Positions 52,113-63,964 of a stretch of DNA of 64,000 nucleotides are shown in pieces. This DNA is from Haliotis rufescens (Eukaryota). The stretch spans positions 15,562,001 to 15,626,000 of the forward strand of contig NW_025963890.1 of assembly GCF_023055435.1 (NCBI RefSeq). Direction: 5' to 3'. The position numbers were made by a program, and so were the translations under genes. The notes beneath the pieces are model-generated. The model searched no databases and had not been told where the DNA came from. It worked only from the letters and a program-made list of their open reading frames with translations. Each line of letters starts with the position of its first letter. Within the stretch, counting starts at the first letter, position 1.

Positions 52113-54069
52113 TAACGACAAAATGAAACACGATTCGCTTCCAAAGACACTTGCCTTCAATACACGGGTACTTTTATAATTGGCATTGGCGAGCATTGGC
52201 GAGCTAAATACATAGTGTTTATTCCTAATACAGGATATTTACCATCCCCAAACACACAAGCGTGATAACCTCTTTATCATATAATGTCATTCTTTAATTC
52301 TGTGCTTTAAAATCGCTTTCCCTCTCTCACAAACATTACCGAAAAATTGCGAGTTTTCTTGGAATGCGCGCATTAATATTTATTACGTCACAGGGTAAGT
52401 GATGTGTCAGTACGACTGTGACAGTAGCCAATATAGTTCCAACTGAAATCTGTTTCATATACAGTGGCGAAGCAACTTATTCGCAAAACAATAGTTGTTT
52501 TTAATTGCCTTTCGTGGCAATCCATCGGTCTGTCCGCTAGAGTAACTGCCCTTTGTCAAAGGGAAGCTACTCTAACCCTAGTCTATGAGTCACGGCCACG
52601 GTCAGACGTTGTTGACAGTCGGTCTGTCCTTTCATAACGTTAAGAAGTGTAGTCAGATGTACATACAGCGACAAATCGAAACAAGGTAACAGTTCAAACA
52701 TATTTCGGCCGAATCCAACCATTTTGGTTTGTGGAGAAGGTTTCAAGCCACAGAGGTCTACAAGCACAGATATGGCTACTGATCCCGCTTGGCTAGGCCT
52801 CGTGCCCTCGCAAAATTGTTTCGAAATTTATATATCGAAAGTTACCAAAACTTATAAAATGCCTTAGCTGACGTCACGGTTAGACACTGATTTTCAGTAT
52901 ATTAGACTGTTCGTTTGATAATGATAGCAATTATCCCTGTAGTTTATCCAGATTCACGATGGTTAATTCTGACTCGATCGCCGAATGACGAGGGCGACGC
53001 CATGTTTGTTTATAAACAGTGAAAGTAGTCCTACTTGACCTTTGGTATTTGCATCTCTATCCGCATATGACCCCAACGGATATCGTTTTTATCCGTTGGC
53101 TTTATCCTGCCGAGAAACCTACCCATTATATGATAAAGAAGGTTCCATGATCTCAAAATATTAATACACATATCAGAAGGCTCGTGTTTTAGGCAGCGAA
53201 CCCTGTTGCAGTTTTTCTTGGGAGTACGGTTCATGTACATTATGGCAGGGTAGTTAGTGCGGTATGTTCAAATTTGGGAATCTATTAGGAAAAGGGGCGG
53301 ACCAGCCAATATGGTCAAGTCAATATGAACCTTATTATAGGGCGCACCACAGTTATATGGTTACCGCGTCTTATCACAACTGTGCGTCACATCATTGAAT
53401 TTTCACACATATGTATAATGTAAATATATACACATATATACACACTCGGCAGTGGAGAGATTATGCGAAGAGATATGAATGTCCATACAATCATCTTATC
53501 GAATACGTCATTAAACGATGACGTCACTATGATGATCCCAATTGCGTGGATCGATGCACATGATGTCAATCACTGGATTGTCTGGTCCAGACTCGATTAC
53601 TTACAGGTCGCCGTCATATAGCTGGAATATTGCAAAGTGCGGCGTTAAATAACAAACAAACTTATTTGTAACAAATAACAAAATAACACACGGACCACGT
53701 TTGCATCTATAACAAGTAGTAAGCCAAATACGTAGATCCATGCACATGATGTCAATAACTGGATTATCTGGTCCAGACTTCATTATTTACAGGCCGCCGT
53801 CATATAGCTGGAATATTTCTGAGTGCGGCGTAAAACTACAAACAAACAAACAAACACATACAGTGAGCCACTACATAGGGCAGTGGGGTAGCTAGCCTAG
53901 GGGTTAAAGTGTTCGTATGTGTCGCCGAATGCCCGTGTTCGATTTCCAAAATTGGTACAATTCTGGCATAAAAAAGCCATGACATCGCTGGAATATTGCT
54001 TAAAAAAACGGCGTAAAACTATACTCACTCAATCGTTACATGTCGTCAACAGGAAGCTAAAGTGAGGAT

Positions 54070-54397
54070 GTGAGGTGAGGTGAAATGGGGATTATTGCAC
54101 TTATCTAGCGACGCGCATACACATGTGTGTGGCTGCTTGTACCAGTCGGGACTGATGTCGATTTTTAGTGCTAGCTCACTGAGATGCCATGCCGCAGTTT
54201 AACACGAATATCCCACTCTGACACAGTACACTGACTCCGAGCCGACAAGTCTTTGTTATAGCCCCTTAATGCCGAGCGCCGGTCAGGGTAACAACAAGTA
54301 CCATCTTTTAACGTCTTTTGGTATGACGCGGCCGGGGATCGAACCCCGGACCTTCCGCTCTCCGGGCGGACGCTCTACCCCTAGACCACGGAGGCGA
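54070..54397 (-). mobile_element. SINE family C
   Basis: Reverse copy. Confidence 0.82.
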
Positions 54398-54558
54398 TGG
54401 CTAAAGTGGGGATCGGATGGTATCAGACTTAGGGGAATATGTCACCACACCCTACGGCGTATGAGGTGATCATGCTATTAACCACTGGGTTTATTTACAA
54501 ACCGCCGTGAAATAGCTGAAATATTCCGGCGGCGTAAAACAACAAACTCCCGTTGTGT

Positions 54559-54935
54559 TCACACAAAGAATGGTTCGAGATCAAACAACTTGTATCCTTC
54601 CTTCGTCTTGAGGGCTTTCCTGTCGTAGTCTTTGTTCACGGAGTTCAACACACAGTGTTTGGGAACACTCAGATCGTTCTTTCCGTCCGTCAACAAATAT
54701 TCATAGTTGAATGATTTGCAGGACCCTGAACGAAGACATAAACGCGCGCAGGTCAGGGGCCGATCCACAATCACTTCCTCAATTTCGTAGCCCACAATCA
54801 CCCAGTCCTCCAGGTCCTGGCCAGTGAATATGTCCTCCTTTATTTTTGTGTTGGACACTTTATCCATAATCTTTTTCAAACCCGCCACATGGTCCGGTGG
54901 GCATTCCCGCATCAGCTTCTCGACAGCGGCCACGT
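54559..54935 (-). CDS. TSP1-repeat/PAN protein, terminal exon: PAN/Apple domain
   Basis: CARLCLRSGSCKSFNY...CVLN PAN pattern; tttacag| acceptor; stop at 54559. Confidence 0.82.
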
Positions 54936-55033
54936 CTGTAAAACACATTAAGATGAATCCATAGCATCGTCAGTTGAACTTTGTGAAATATAAGTTAGTA
55001 AGGGAATAATGTTCTTAATTCTTAATGTTCTTA

Positions 55034-55753
55034 CGAGCGCAGACTGCCTCGCCAATGTTATTTAATGCTCAAATCACTGGACCATTCTGGTCGCACCACA
55101 TGGGCTACTCACATTAAGAATATTTTGTTTAAATTAGGTTTTGGATATGTATGGTTAGCACAAGATGTTGGCAATGTGAAGGTATTTATTCATTTTTTTA
55201 AGCAAAGATTATTTGATAACCTTCAACAATCATGGTGTAGTTCTATCAATAGTATATCTGATACCTTTTATTATAAACATTTTAAATGCCTGTTAAATGT
55301 AGAAAAATATCTTACACTCCCCATACCAGTACATCTGAGAATATGTATGACTCGTTTCAGATGTAGCAAGTTTAAACTTGCAATTGACTTGGGGAGATAC
55401 ACAAATGTCCCATACACTGAACGATTATGTAAATATTGTATAGAAAATGGTATATCTTTTATTGAAGATGAATTTCATGTTTTACTTGTATGTGAGCGTT
55501 ATTCAGCCCTAAGAAATATGTATCTTAAACAGTATATCAAGTTTCAAACTGTAACATCTTTTACTGAAATTATTTCATCAGAAAACGTTGATGTTGTATA
55601 TAACACATGTTTATATCTATATAAAGTCCAACGGCTAAGAGAAACTTAAATCGATTACTTCCTTGGCATGCGTAGTTCATGCAATCAACCATTGTCTGTA
55701 TTATGGGCCTATGGCCTTCTTACTGAATAAACTGTCTGTCTGTCTGTCTGTCT
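55034..55753 (+). mobile_element. 5'-truncated non-LTR retrotransposon (ORF2 C-terminus with CCHC knuckle; RTE-X/L2/CR1-group-like)
   Basis: ORF 55065-55649 FRCSKFKLAIDLGRY...RLCKYC...EDEFHVLLVC; AATAAA then (CTGT)n tail; flanking taatgtYctta duplication. Confidence 0.82.
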
Positions 55754-56002
55754 AATGTCCTTAATCGTTTTCAGCCATATCAAGTATAGATGCATCTGTA
55801 AGGCTCGCATTTCACCGATCTGATTCTACGTCATCCATCGTGTCAGTGATCTCGCCGAGAAACAGTTCAGATTAGTTTATCCGGGTACTTATTGCTAGAA
55901 AAGAACACAGAATAATTAGTCTACTTCCTTCGTTCACACATTTGTATCTATTAAAAACTACAGCTTCATTCAATCACGCATTCTATAAAAGACCATCGTT
56001 AC

Positions 56003-56167
56003 CCCTGCAAGGAGCCAGGCATCGTCTAGACTGGGTTTCGGATCCTCTGCACGTGTTGATGACGTCGCCGTCTGCGTTGACGCATTGACGTTGTCGAGTC
56101 CTCACACCGACACCGCACGTCACCGAACAGGCGCTCCACAGATCCCATTTGGTCCAGTGGCTTTTTC
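56003..56167 (-). CDS. TSP1-repeat/PAN protein: TSP1 exon (type D)
   Basis: WTKWDLWSACSVTCGVGVRTRQRQC; phase 1-1. Confidence 0.88.
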
Positions 56168-56726
56168 CTGTAACAGGGGAGTTTTGTGTGTGATATATAT
56201 GTGAGTGAGTGAGTGTTTGTTGTTTAACACCGCACTCAGCAATATTCCAGCTAAATGACGGCGGTCTGTAAATAATCGAGTCTGGACCAGACAATCCAGT
56301 GATTGACGTGAGTGAGTGAGTGAAGAGGATGATTGTACGCAGCCTTTCGTACTATTCCAGCAATATCAGGACGGGGGGCACCAGAAATGGGCTTCACACA
56401 TTGTACCAATGTGGGTAACGAACCCGGGCCTTCAACGTGATGAGCGAACACTTTAACCACTAGGCTACCCCGCAGCCCCAGACTAGAGTGAGCTGGGTTT
56501 GACGGGATTTTGTAGAGTTTGCAAACATACCACGTCGTGCCAGTTTAAAGGGGAGTTCATGTTGACCACAATGGCATATCTTAAATAAACACAGATATGG
56601 TGATGACACGTCCGGAATCATATTGAGGTCGAACCTCAGATTCGAACCAATGGTCAAAGACATATAACACTTGGCACCGAGATAAGTCTTCATCGACTTT
56701 ATATACTGAATTCAGCAGAAGCAGAT

Positions 56727-57000
56727 GAGGTGAAATGGGGTTTAACGTCGCGTCCAAGATTATTGCATATATATAGCGACGTGCGTGTGTGCGTTTGTCA
56801 TCGTTTTGACTTATGACGTTTTTATAGTGCTAGCCCACTGAGATACCATGCTGCAGTTTAACATGAATACCCCACTCAGACACAGTATATTGCCTCCGAG
56901 CTTAGCAGTCCTGTGTGTTATTCTCGTAATGAAGCCGGGAATCGAACCCCGGACCTTCCTCTCTCCGGGCTTACGCTCTACCACTAGACCACGGAGACGG
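56727..57000 (-). mobile_element. SINE family C, internally deleted
   Basis: Head and tail present, Meta core missing. Confidence 0.75.
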
Positions 57001-58233
57001 CCCGTGTCTCAGTTTGAGTTGAGTTAACCCCAATGTCTGAACCTTTTGTCAGAAAATTGGCACCACACACTGTACTACGTTTTCATTTTGTTGGAGTCGG
57101 AATATTTGTTTCGCTAACTGCATGTAGACATACAAACTTTAACTCCAAAAGGAAGTGTATATGTATTTTGTAATACCCTCGGCTAAATGTGAGGAATCCA
57201 TATTGGAACATGACTATCACGTGACATAACACATCCTACCGGCAGAAGTGATCCTTACATAACGGTTCAAACAAAATGCTTCTGAACGCTTTTGTTTTAA
57301 AATCAAAGCCTACACATGTACCTAATTTCTGTTAAGTCCACAACAACCCGTCTTCACAGACAGCCGTCGTGTCATACGAACTTTATGCGGGGGTTCTGGC
57401 GTTACACGGTCTACTCATGAAAAATCACTACACCATTGTTGCCCGAGGTATTATGGATGTAACGGAATCAGCCGAGTGAATCCGAGTGCGTGATACAGCC
57501 AGATGAACGCACCTAAATCACTTAAACAGACAGACTCACAATATCTCACAAGACGTTCAAGTAGTTAATCAATTAGAATAATGGACCCCGACAATGGCCA
57601 CCTGTTAAAAACGGAATCAAATTGTGGTATTCCCATATAGGAGGGCCCTTTTTCTAAACACGTGTAAACAATAAGTATGTTTGTTGAGCCGAGCAATACC
57701 TTAAGCTTACAAAAGGATATCGATGTTCAGTGTTTATCATCCATCACATCAGAGAGACTTCAGAATGTGTGTGAGAGGAGACACAACCGCAAGGCACTGA
57801 TTGATGACATGGCTAGGACTTTTGTGTTAGACCGATAGCAACGATGACGTTTGTCAGTTTGATGTTACGGCCGACTATTAAATTTTCCTGGGAGTGGGGA
57901 GACCGGGATTTGTTCCAGAGACTGAGTGAGTAAAAGTGTTACAGTTATATCACAGTGTGTCTGGTTATTGTGGGATGAAAACCCGAAGTGAAGCAGGCAT
58001 CAGCGAGTGAGTATGGTTTTACGCCGCTTTTAGCAATATTCGAGGAATATAGGCTTCACACATTCTACCCATGTGGGGAATCGAACCCGGGCCTTTGGCG
58101 TCACGAGCGAAGCTTTAACCAGCCGGCGACCCGACCGCCCGGATGCAGGCAACAGTGTGGTGCTTACAAATCTAGAAACATAATCGGGAATTATAAACAT
58201 ATCACCGTATTTCCCTATAGTTCCTAACAACCT

Positions 58234-58601
58234 GACCGCCTCCGTGGTCTAGTGGTAGAGCATCCGCCCGGAGAGCGAAAGGTCCGGAGTTCGCGTCATA
58301 CCAAAAGACGTTGAAAGATGGTACTTGGTGTTACCCTGTCTGGCGCTCGGCATTAAGGGGCTAAAACAAGGACTGGTCGGCTCGGAGTCAGTATACTGTG
58401 TCTGAGTGGGGTATTCATGTTAAACTGCGGCATGGTATCTCAGTGAGCTAGCACTATAAATCGGCATCAGTCCGGTTTAGTACAAACAGCCACACACACA
58501 CACACACATGCACGTCGCTATATAAGTGCAATAATCTTGGACGCGACGTTAAACCCTATTTTACCTCACCTCACCTCACCTCACCTCACCTCACCTCACC
58601 T
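58234..58601 (+). mobile_element. SINE family C with long (CACCT)n tail
   Basis: TSD cctaacaacct. Confidence 0.87.
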
Positions 58602-59299
58602 CCTAACAACCTCGGGTAAACCTACTAACCATCTCATCTTCCAAACCTTGGTTTTGAAGCCGTTCTCTTTCAAACCTAGGTTTTGAAATGGGTCACTTCT
58701 AAACCTGATTTGAGTTTTACATTTCAATTGTAATACCTTGGTTTTACAATTAACGTTTTACTAACTTGCCTATTGATATGAACACACATGTGGTTGATGA
58801 TCAGTTACTAGTCACAAGTTTTTTTGCATAAAAATTTCATGAACCTGCAACCACACATATGTTGCTAAGTTTTGTAACCCACTGTTTTCCCACTGAGCTC
58901 CCTGGGTATGTGACAGGTTGTTCAGGGGGTCCATGCTTTGCGTGTTTTTTTCTCTCGCACGCTTTGATCGAATTCCCTTTATACCGCGACACACTGTATT
59001 GTTTCACTATAAGGTATGTCGATGTTTTCTGGTATTTCTTGCATTTAGACGGTTCATAAGTCGGATAAAACACGCCTTTTTCGGGTTGGTTCAATATGTT
59101 AAACCTTGAGCTCGGGAAAAGCCCGACATTTTCAACCAAAACCTCGGAGGCGTGTATTATCCTGTTGCATCCTAATGTACTTCAAACCCACCATCATAGG
59201 TTTCTTGCGATTCCAAGGGACGCAACTCTGCACAGCGAAATTGCGGACGACTTGGACGTCCCCTATTACCAGAGACAATAATCTGTTCCGGCTTCCAGA

Positions 59300-59507
59300 T
59301 ATTCCTATGATTGTGGGTTCGAATCCCGGTTCGCCCCGATTATGTTTCTAGGTTTGTCAGCACCATGCCCGTGCTCGTGGGTTTCACCGAAATGGTAAGC
59401 GTCTGAGACCTGCATCACTTCGGGCTTTCCTCCCACATTAAGCTGACACGCCGTGATATAACTGGAATACTATTAAAAGCGGCGTTAAACCCATCTCACT
59501 CACTCAC
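59300..59507 (+). mobile_element. SINE family B, 5'-truncated
   Basis: B box to tail intact; inverted head fragment at about 59180-59258. Confidence 0.78.
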
Positions 59508-60260
59508 TAATACCTCGGGTTACACTGGAGGCTGGTTGTGCAGAAGACGGCGGTCTGTAAATAATCGAGTCTGGACCAGACAATCCAGTGATTGACATCA
59601 GCGTTGCTGAAGAATAAGTCTTCAGCAACCCATGCTTGCCGTAAAAGGAAACCATTTTTGTCGTAAGAGACGACTAACGGGATCGGGTGGTCAGGCTCGC
59701 TGCCTTGGTTGATACATGTCATCGTATCCCAATTGCGTGGATGGATGCTCATGGTGTCAATCACTGGATTATCGAAATTATCGACTATTAATTTATAGCG
59801 GAAATGACAGCTGAGTGAGTATGGTTTTACGCCGCTTTTAGTAATATTCCAGCAATATCACGACGGGGGACACCAGTAATGGGCCTTCGGCGTGACGAGC
59901 GACCGCTTTAACCACTAGGCAACCCCACCGCCCCTTAATGACAGTTGATATACATGGCATTCGTATATACACATCTTTAGGTATAGCTGGCGTAATCTCT
60001 CACAGGGTCGTGGACATGACAAAGCATCATAAATGAGAGAGTGAGTGAGTTATTTCAGTTGTATCACGCAACTGTTGGATGTGAGAGCTAAGCCCGTACT
60101 GACGCTGGTTTAAGACTTGCGTCTCATTGGTGAAACCCACGGGTAAGGAGCTGACAAACCCCGAGCCATAATCAAACGAATCTGGGAGTCGAAACCGTGA
60201 TCAGATTTCTGACGTCTCAGGGACGCAACTTAGACAAGCCAGCTTTTCCAAGATCGCAAA

Positions 60261-60483
60261 GGGGCGGTCGGTAGCCTAGTGGTTAAAGCGTTCGCTCGTC
60301 ACGCCGAAGACCCGGGTTCGATTCCCGACAATGTGTGAAGCCCATTTCTGGTGTCCCCCGCCGTGATATTGCTGGAATATTGCTAAAAGCGGCGTAAAAC
60401 CTCACTCACTCTCACTCACTCACTCACTCACTCACTCACTCACTCACTCACCCACCCACCCACCCACTCACCCACTCACTCAC
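60261..60483 (+). mobile_element. SINE family A with expanded (ACTC/ACCC)n tail
   Basis: Family A head and body, about 80 bp microsatellite tail. Confidence 0.85.
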
Positions 60484-60678
60484 AGAACGCTAAAGACAAC
60501 CTAACATGTCACACACTCTCTCCTCATATCACGATTATCAATCTATTATGGGTGATTTTTTATTTTATTTTTTTACTATATTGCGTTGTCATTTATTTTC
60601 AAAATTATGTTATGTCGATCACCCTTGTGCTGAGTGTTGCTTTCATAAGCAAATGTAAGTCAGGAAATTGTGTCTCAC

Positions 60679-60819
60679 CTTTGCAGTTTTTCATATTGCA
60701 AGTCTTGGTTTGTGTTGTCTCCTGTTTGCACTCCAGTCCCCTACATGACCTTGACCTTGTGATCTTCCCCTTTCCGCAAGTGACGCTGCAATCTCCCCAA
60801 GGGCCCCACTGGCTCAACT
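60679..60819 (-). CDS. TSP1-repeat/PAN protein: TSP1 exon (type C)
   Basis: LSQWGPWGDCSVTCGKGKITRSRSC; phase 1-1. Confidence 0.88.
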
Positions 60820-60987
60820 CTGGATACAAAGGAAAGGTCATATAAAAAAGCATTGTTTGTTCATTTGTTTGTTACGCTGCAATAAAAGCTTCATCTCAGC
60901 TGAGTGGCTGATTTCGTTATAAGCAAGAGTGAGCAATATTCGACCTATATCACGACAGCCTGTAACTTATGGAGTCTAACAAATCAA

Positions 60988-61017
60988 AAGGACTCCAATC
61001 TTCCCATCGAGTCCAGA
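60988..61017 (-). pseudogene. Truncated type B TSP1 pseudo-exon
   Basis: ctgcag|TC TGG ACT CGA TGG GAA GAT TGG AGT CCT matches the type B exon start, then homology is lost and a stop follows. Confidence 0.75.
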
Positions 61018-61123
61018 CTGCAGTACAGTAACATTGGGTCACATAAGAATCGTCGATATTTCTCATAGCTACAGAAGTATTTTAACCAACACTAAATTAA
61101 AAGAAAGTGTTTTAAAACCGAAC

Positions 61124-61258
61124 CTGGGCATGTGGTCTCCCCACATTCTTCGGTCTGTCGAGAAGTGCCGTCTTTACATTTTCTCCCTTCACATAAACTT
61201 GTCCTTGACCTTTCACCTCGTCCACAGGTCACACTGCATTCAGTCCATTCACTCCAGA
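61124..61258 (-). CDS. TSP1-repeat/PAN protein: TSP1 exon (type A, 135 nt)
   Basis: VWSEWTECSVTCGRGERSRTSLCEGRKCKDGTSRQTEECGETTCP. Confidence 0.85.
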
Positions 61259-61762
61259 CTGCGAATAACAAAACATTATTGAAGGGCGTTATAAATGTCC
61301 GTTCTATGTCTTTTGCATGAAAAGTGTGGGCATAGAGTTATTTAATTCATGTTGAATGTTCGTTCAAGATCCAGGTGGGATTGGGAAATGAATTAAGCAA
61401 CGAGGCAAATTATACCTGAAAATAGTGTCTTATTTATTGGTCTGTTAAGAACCGACATTGGTTCCAACATTTTATGTATTACGTAGGTTTGGATGATTAC
61501 GTACACACAACATCAGTCGGATGTTTCGACCCTATATCCTGTTTTATAGGGGACAGTTTCTCACACGACACTAATAATACAACAGGCTGAGGGCGAATAT
61601 GCCGAACTGATGACCTGACCTTCGAAGAGGAATCAGCTGTTGGCATCACGGTTTTGGTCTATTTCAAGTGATTTAGGGAGAACAGATGTAGCGTTAGATA
61701 ATATTGAAGAACTCACTACGAGAACAAAAATCTGATGTAAGGTGCCATCGTTCCATACTTAC

Positions 61763-61906
61763 TTATACAATCCGTGTTTTTGCAAGTGTTTGTTTCTGCT
61801 GATTCTCCTCTACATCCATTGACAACAGAACATGACCTTGACCTTGACCGAGTACCGGTGTCACATGTTTGACTACAAGGACTCCAATCTTCCCATCGAG
61901 TCCAGA
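61763..61906 (-). CDS. TSP1-repeat/PAN protein: TSP1 exon (type B, 144 nt)
   Basis: Manual translation WTRWEDWSPCSQTCDTGTRSRSRSCSVVNGCRGESAETNTCKNTDCI; |gtaagt. Confidence 0.87.
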   Translation of the reverse strand, partial: SGLDGKIGVLVVKHVTPVLGQGQGHVLLSMDVEENQQKQTLAKTRIV

Positions 61907-62021
61907 CTGAAGTACAGGGACCATGTTAACATTCGGTCACATAAGAATCATGGATATTTCTCATAGCTAAAGAAGTATTTCAACCAAAACAAACTCAAAA
62001 GAAAGTGTTTAAAAACCGAAC

Positions 62022-62156
62022 CTGGGCATGTGTTCTCCCCACATTCTTCAGTCTGTCGAGAAGTGCCGTGTTTACATTTTTTCCCGTCACATGAACTTGT
62101 CCTTGACCTTTCACCTCGACCGCAGGTCACACTGCATTCAGTCCATTCACTCCAGA
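62022..62156 (-). CDS. TSP1-repeat/PAN protein: TSP1 exon (type A)
   Basis: WSEWTECSVTCGRGERSRTSSCDGKKC; 135 nt. Confidence 0.86.
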
Positions 62157-62578
62157 CTGCGAATAACAAAATATTATTGAAGGGCGTTATAAATGTCCGT
62201 TTGGGGGCCCTGCATGGTATGGGTGATCGTAAAGTTACACAGACATTCTATGGAAGACGCAGATTGGAGTAGAGGATGATTTAAGTCAGCAAATATTATA
62301 ATAGGATCTTATTCATACGTCTGTCAAGGACTGACCTTGGTTCCAACGTTTTGTTTGACACGCAGGTGGGATAATTCCTTTTATCTCACATGGGACGAAT
62401 GATAACGGTATATCTTGTTTGACGAGCGACTAGTTTCTCACACAGCACTAATTATACAGGACATACTGCAGATCGAATATGCCTGGTCGTTGATCCTATT
62501 TTGACAGTGGAGCCAGGATAAGTGAGTTAACATTGGTTTAACGCCGGTTTGGAAAGTGGTTCAGTTCTATCGCGGCGT

Positions 62579-62579
<1 letters not shown>

Positions 62580-62652
<73 letters not shown>
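62580..62652. repeat. (TG)n microsatellite inside a decayed family B SINE
   Basis: About 36 TG units. Confidence 0.95.
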
Positions 62653-62655
<3 letters not shown>

Positions 62656-62951
62656 GGGGTAGGGGTAGGAGGGGATGGGGGGTGTGGAAGCATCAAGTGA
62701 TGCAGGTCTTGTTTGGTGTAACACAAGAGTACAGTATGGTGCCGACAAACCTAGAAATATAAGTGGAGCTAGAGCTTGGCACCACGGTTTAGTCTACTGC
62801 AAGCGAAGACCTGGAGTTTTTCGGCCCTGAGTGAAAGAAAACCTATACATATGGGTTCGAACATAGTACATAGGTTCTTTGGATCACAGCACGGCAAAGG
62901 GCATGGGAAAGGTGAGAAACATGACACATTATATAAATCATTACAACCCAC

Positions 62952-63075
62952 CTGTCGACACTATCCTATCTCAAGGCTCTCCCCGAGACGATAACACCTT
63001 TGCCACATTTCTGTGACCTTGACCTAAGATCAATACCGTTTGAGACGCTGCATGTATCCCACGAGTGATATTGAT
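62952..63075 (-). pseudogene. Degenerate TSP1 pseudo-exon
   Basis: Translates HSWDTCSVSNGIDLRSRSQKCGKG...*; relic donor cag|gtgggt; no acceptor seen. Confidence 0.5.
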
Positions 63076-63173
63076 ATTTCAAGTGATCATGAGAATAAAA
63101 TGTAGCTTAGTGCAATATAGACGCAGTCACTTAGAGAACAAAGTCATATCAGCTGTTATAGTTCCTTACTTAC

Positions 63174-63317
63174 TGAGACAATCCGTGCTTTTGCAACTGT
63201 TTGTTTCCGCTGATTCTCCTCTACATCCATTGATAACAGAACACGACCTTGACCTTGACCTCGTTCCAGTGTCACATGTTTGGCTGCAAGGACTCCAATC
63301 TTCCCATTGAGCCCAGA
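63174..63317 (-). CDS. TSP1-repeat/PAN protein: TSP1 exon (type B)
   Basis: WAQWEDWSPCSQTCDTGTRSRSRSC; 144 nt; tag| and |gtaagt. Confidence 0.86.
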
Positions 63318-63431
63318 CTACATCATAGAGGACAGTCTTAACATTGGGTTACATCAGAATCGTGGATATCACACAACTGCAGCACTATTTCAATCAAAAC
63401 AAAATTAAAAGAAAGTGTTTTAAAACCGTAC

Positions 63432-63566
63432 CTGGGCATGTGGTCTCCCCACATTCTTCGGTCTGTCGAGAAGTGCCGTGTTTGCATTTTTTCCCTTCAC
63501 ATGAACTTGTCCTTGACCTTTCACCTCGTCCACAGGTCACGCTGCATTCAGTCCATTCACTCCAGA
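63432..63566 (-). CDS. TSP1-repeat/PAN protein: TSP1 exon (type A)
   Basis: WSEWTECSVTCGRGERSRTSSCEGKKC; 135 nt. Confidence 0.86.
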
Positions 63567-63704
63567 CTGAGCAGAACAAAGTATGAATAAAGGGCGTTAT
63601 AAATGTCCATTTCTGTGACTGTTGGATAGAATGTGTGAAAACGTATTCAAGAAATCACTACAAGAAAAAAAATATGATATTAGCAGCCATCGTCCTGTAC
63701 TTAC

Positions 63705-63848
63705 TTATGCAATCCGAGTTTTTGCAATTGTTTGTTTCTGTTGATTCTCCTTTACATCCACTGACAACAGAACACGACCTTGTCCTTGACCTCGTACCGG
63801 TGTCACATGTTTGACTGCAAGGACTCCAATCTTCCCATCGAGTCCAGA
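63705..63848 (-). CDS. TSP1-repeat/PAN protein: TSP1 exon (type B)
   Basis: WTRWEDWSPCSQTCDTGTRSRTRSC; 144 nt. Confidence 0.86.
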   Translation of the reverse strand, partial: SGLDGKIGVLAVKHVTPVRGQGQGRVLLSVDVKENQQKQTIAKTRIA

Positions 63849-63964
63849 CTGCAGTACAGAGGACAATGTTAGCATTCGGTCACATAAGAATCGTGGAAAT
63901 CTCTCATGGCTAAAGAAGTATTTTAATCAAAACAAAATTAAAATAAAGTGTTTAAAAACCGAAC

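Noticed and set aside
55065-55649. 194-aa ORF as a nested host gene
   Set aside because: It is the CCHC C-terminus of a LINE ORF2 with a microsatellite tail, and related decayed copies lie at 31 kb and 45 kb.
57171-57452. Possible MITE with taatacc(c)tcgg termini
   Set aside because: Short imperfect inverted match with no convincing TSD; boundaries unsupported.
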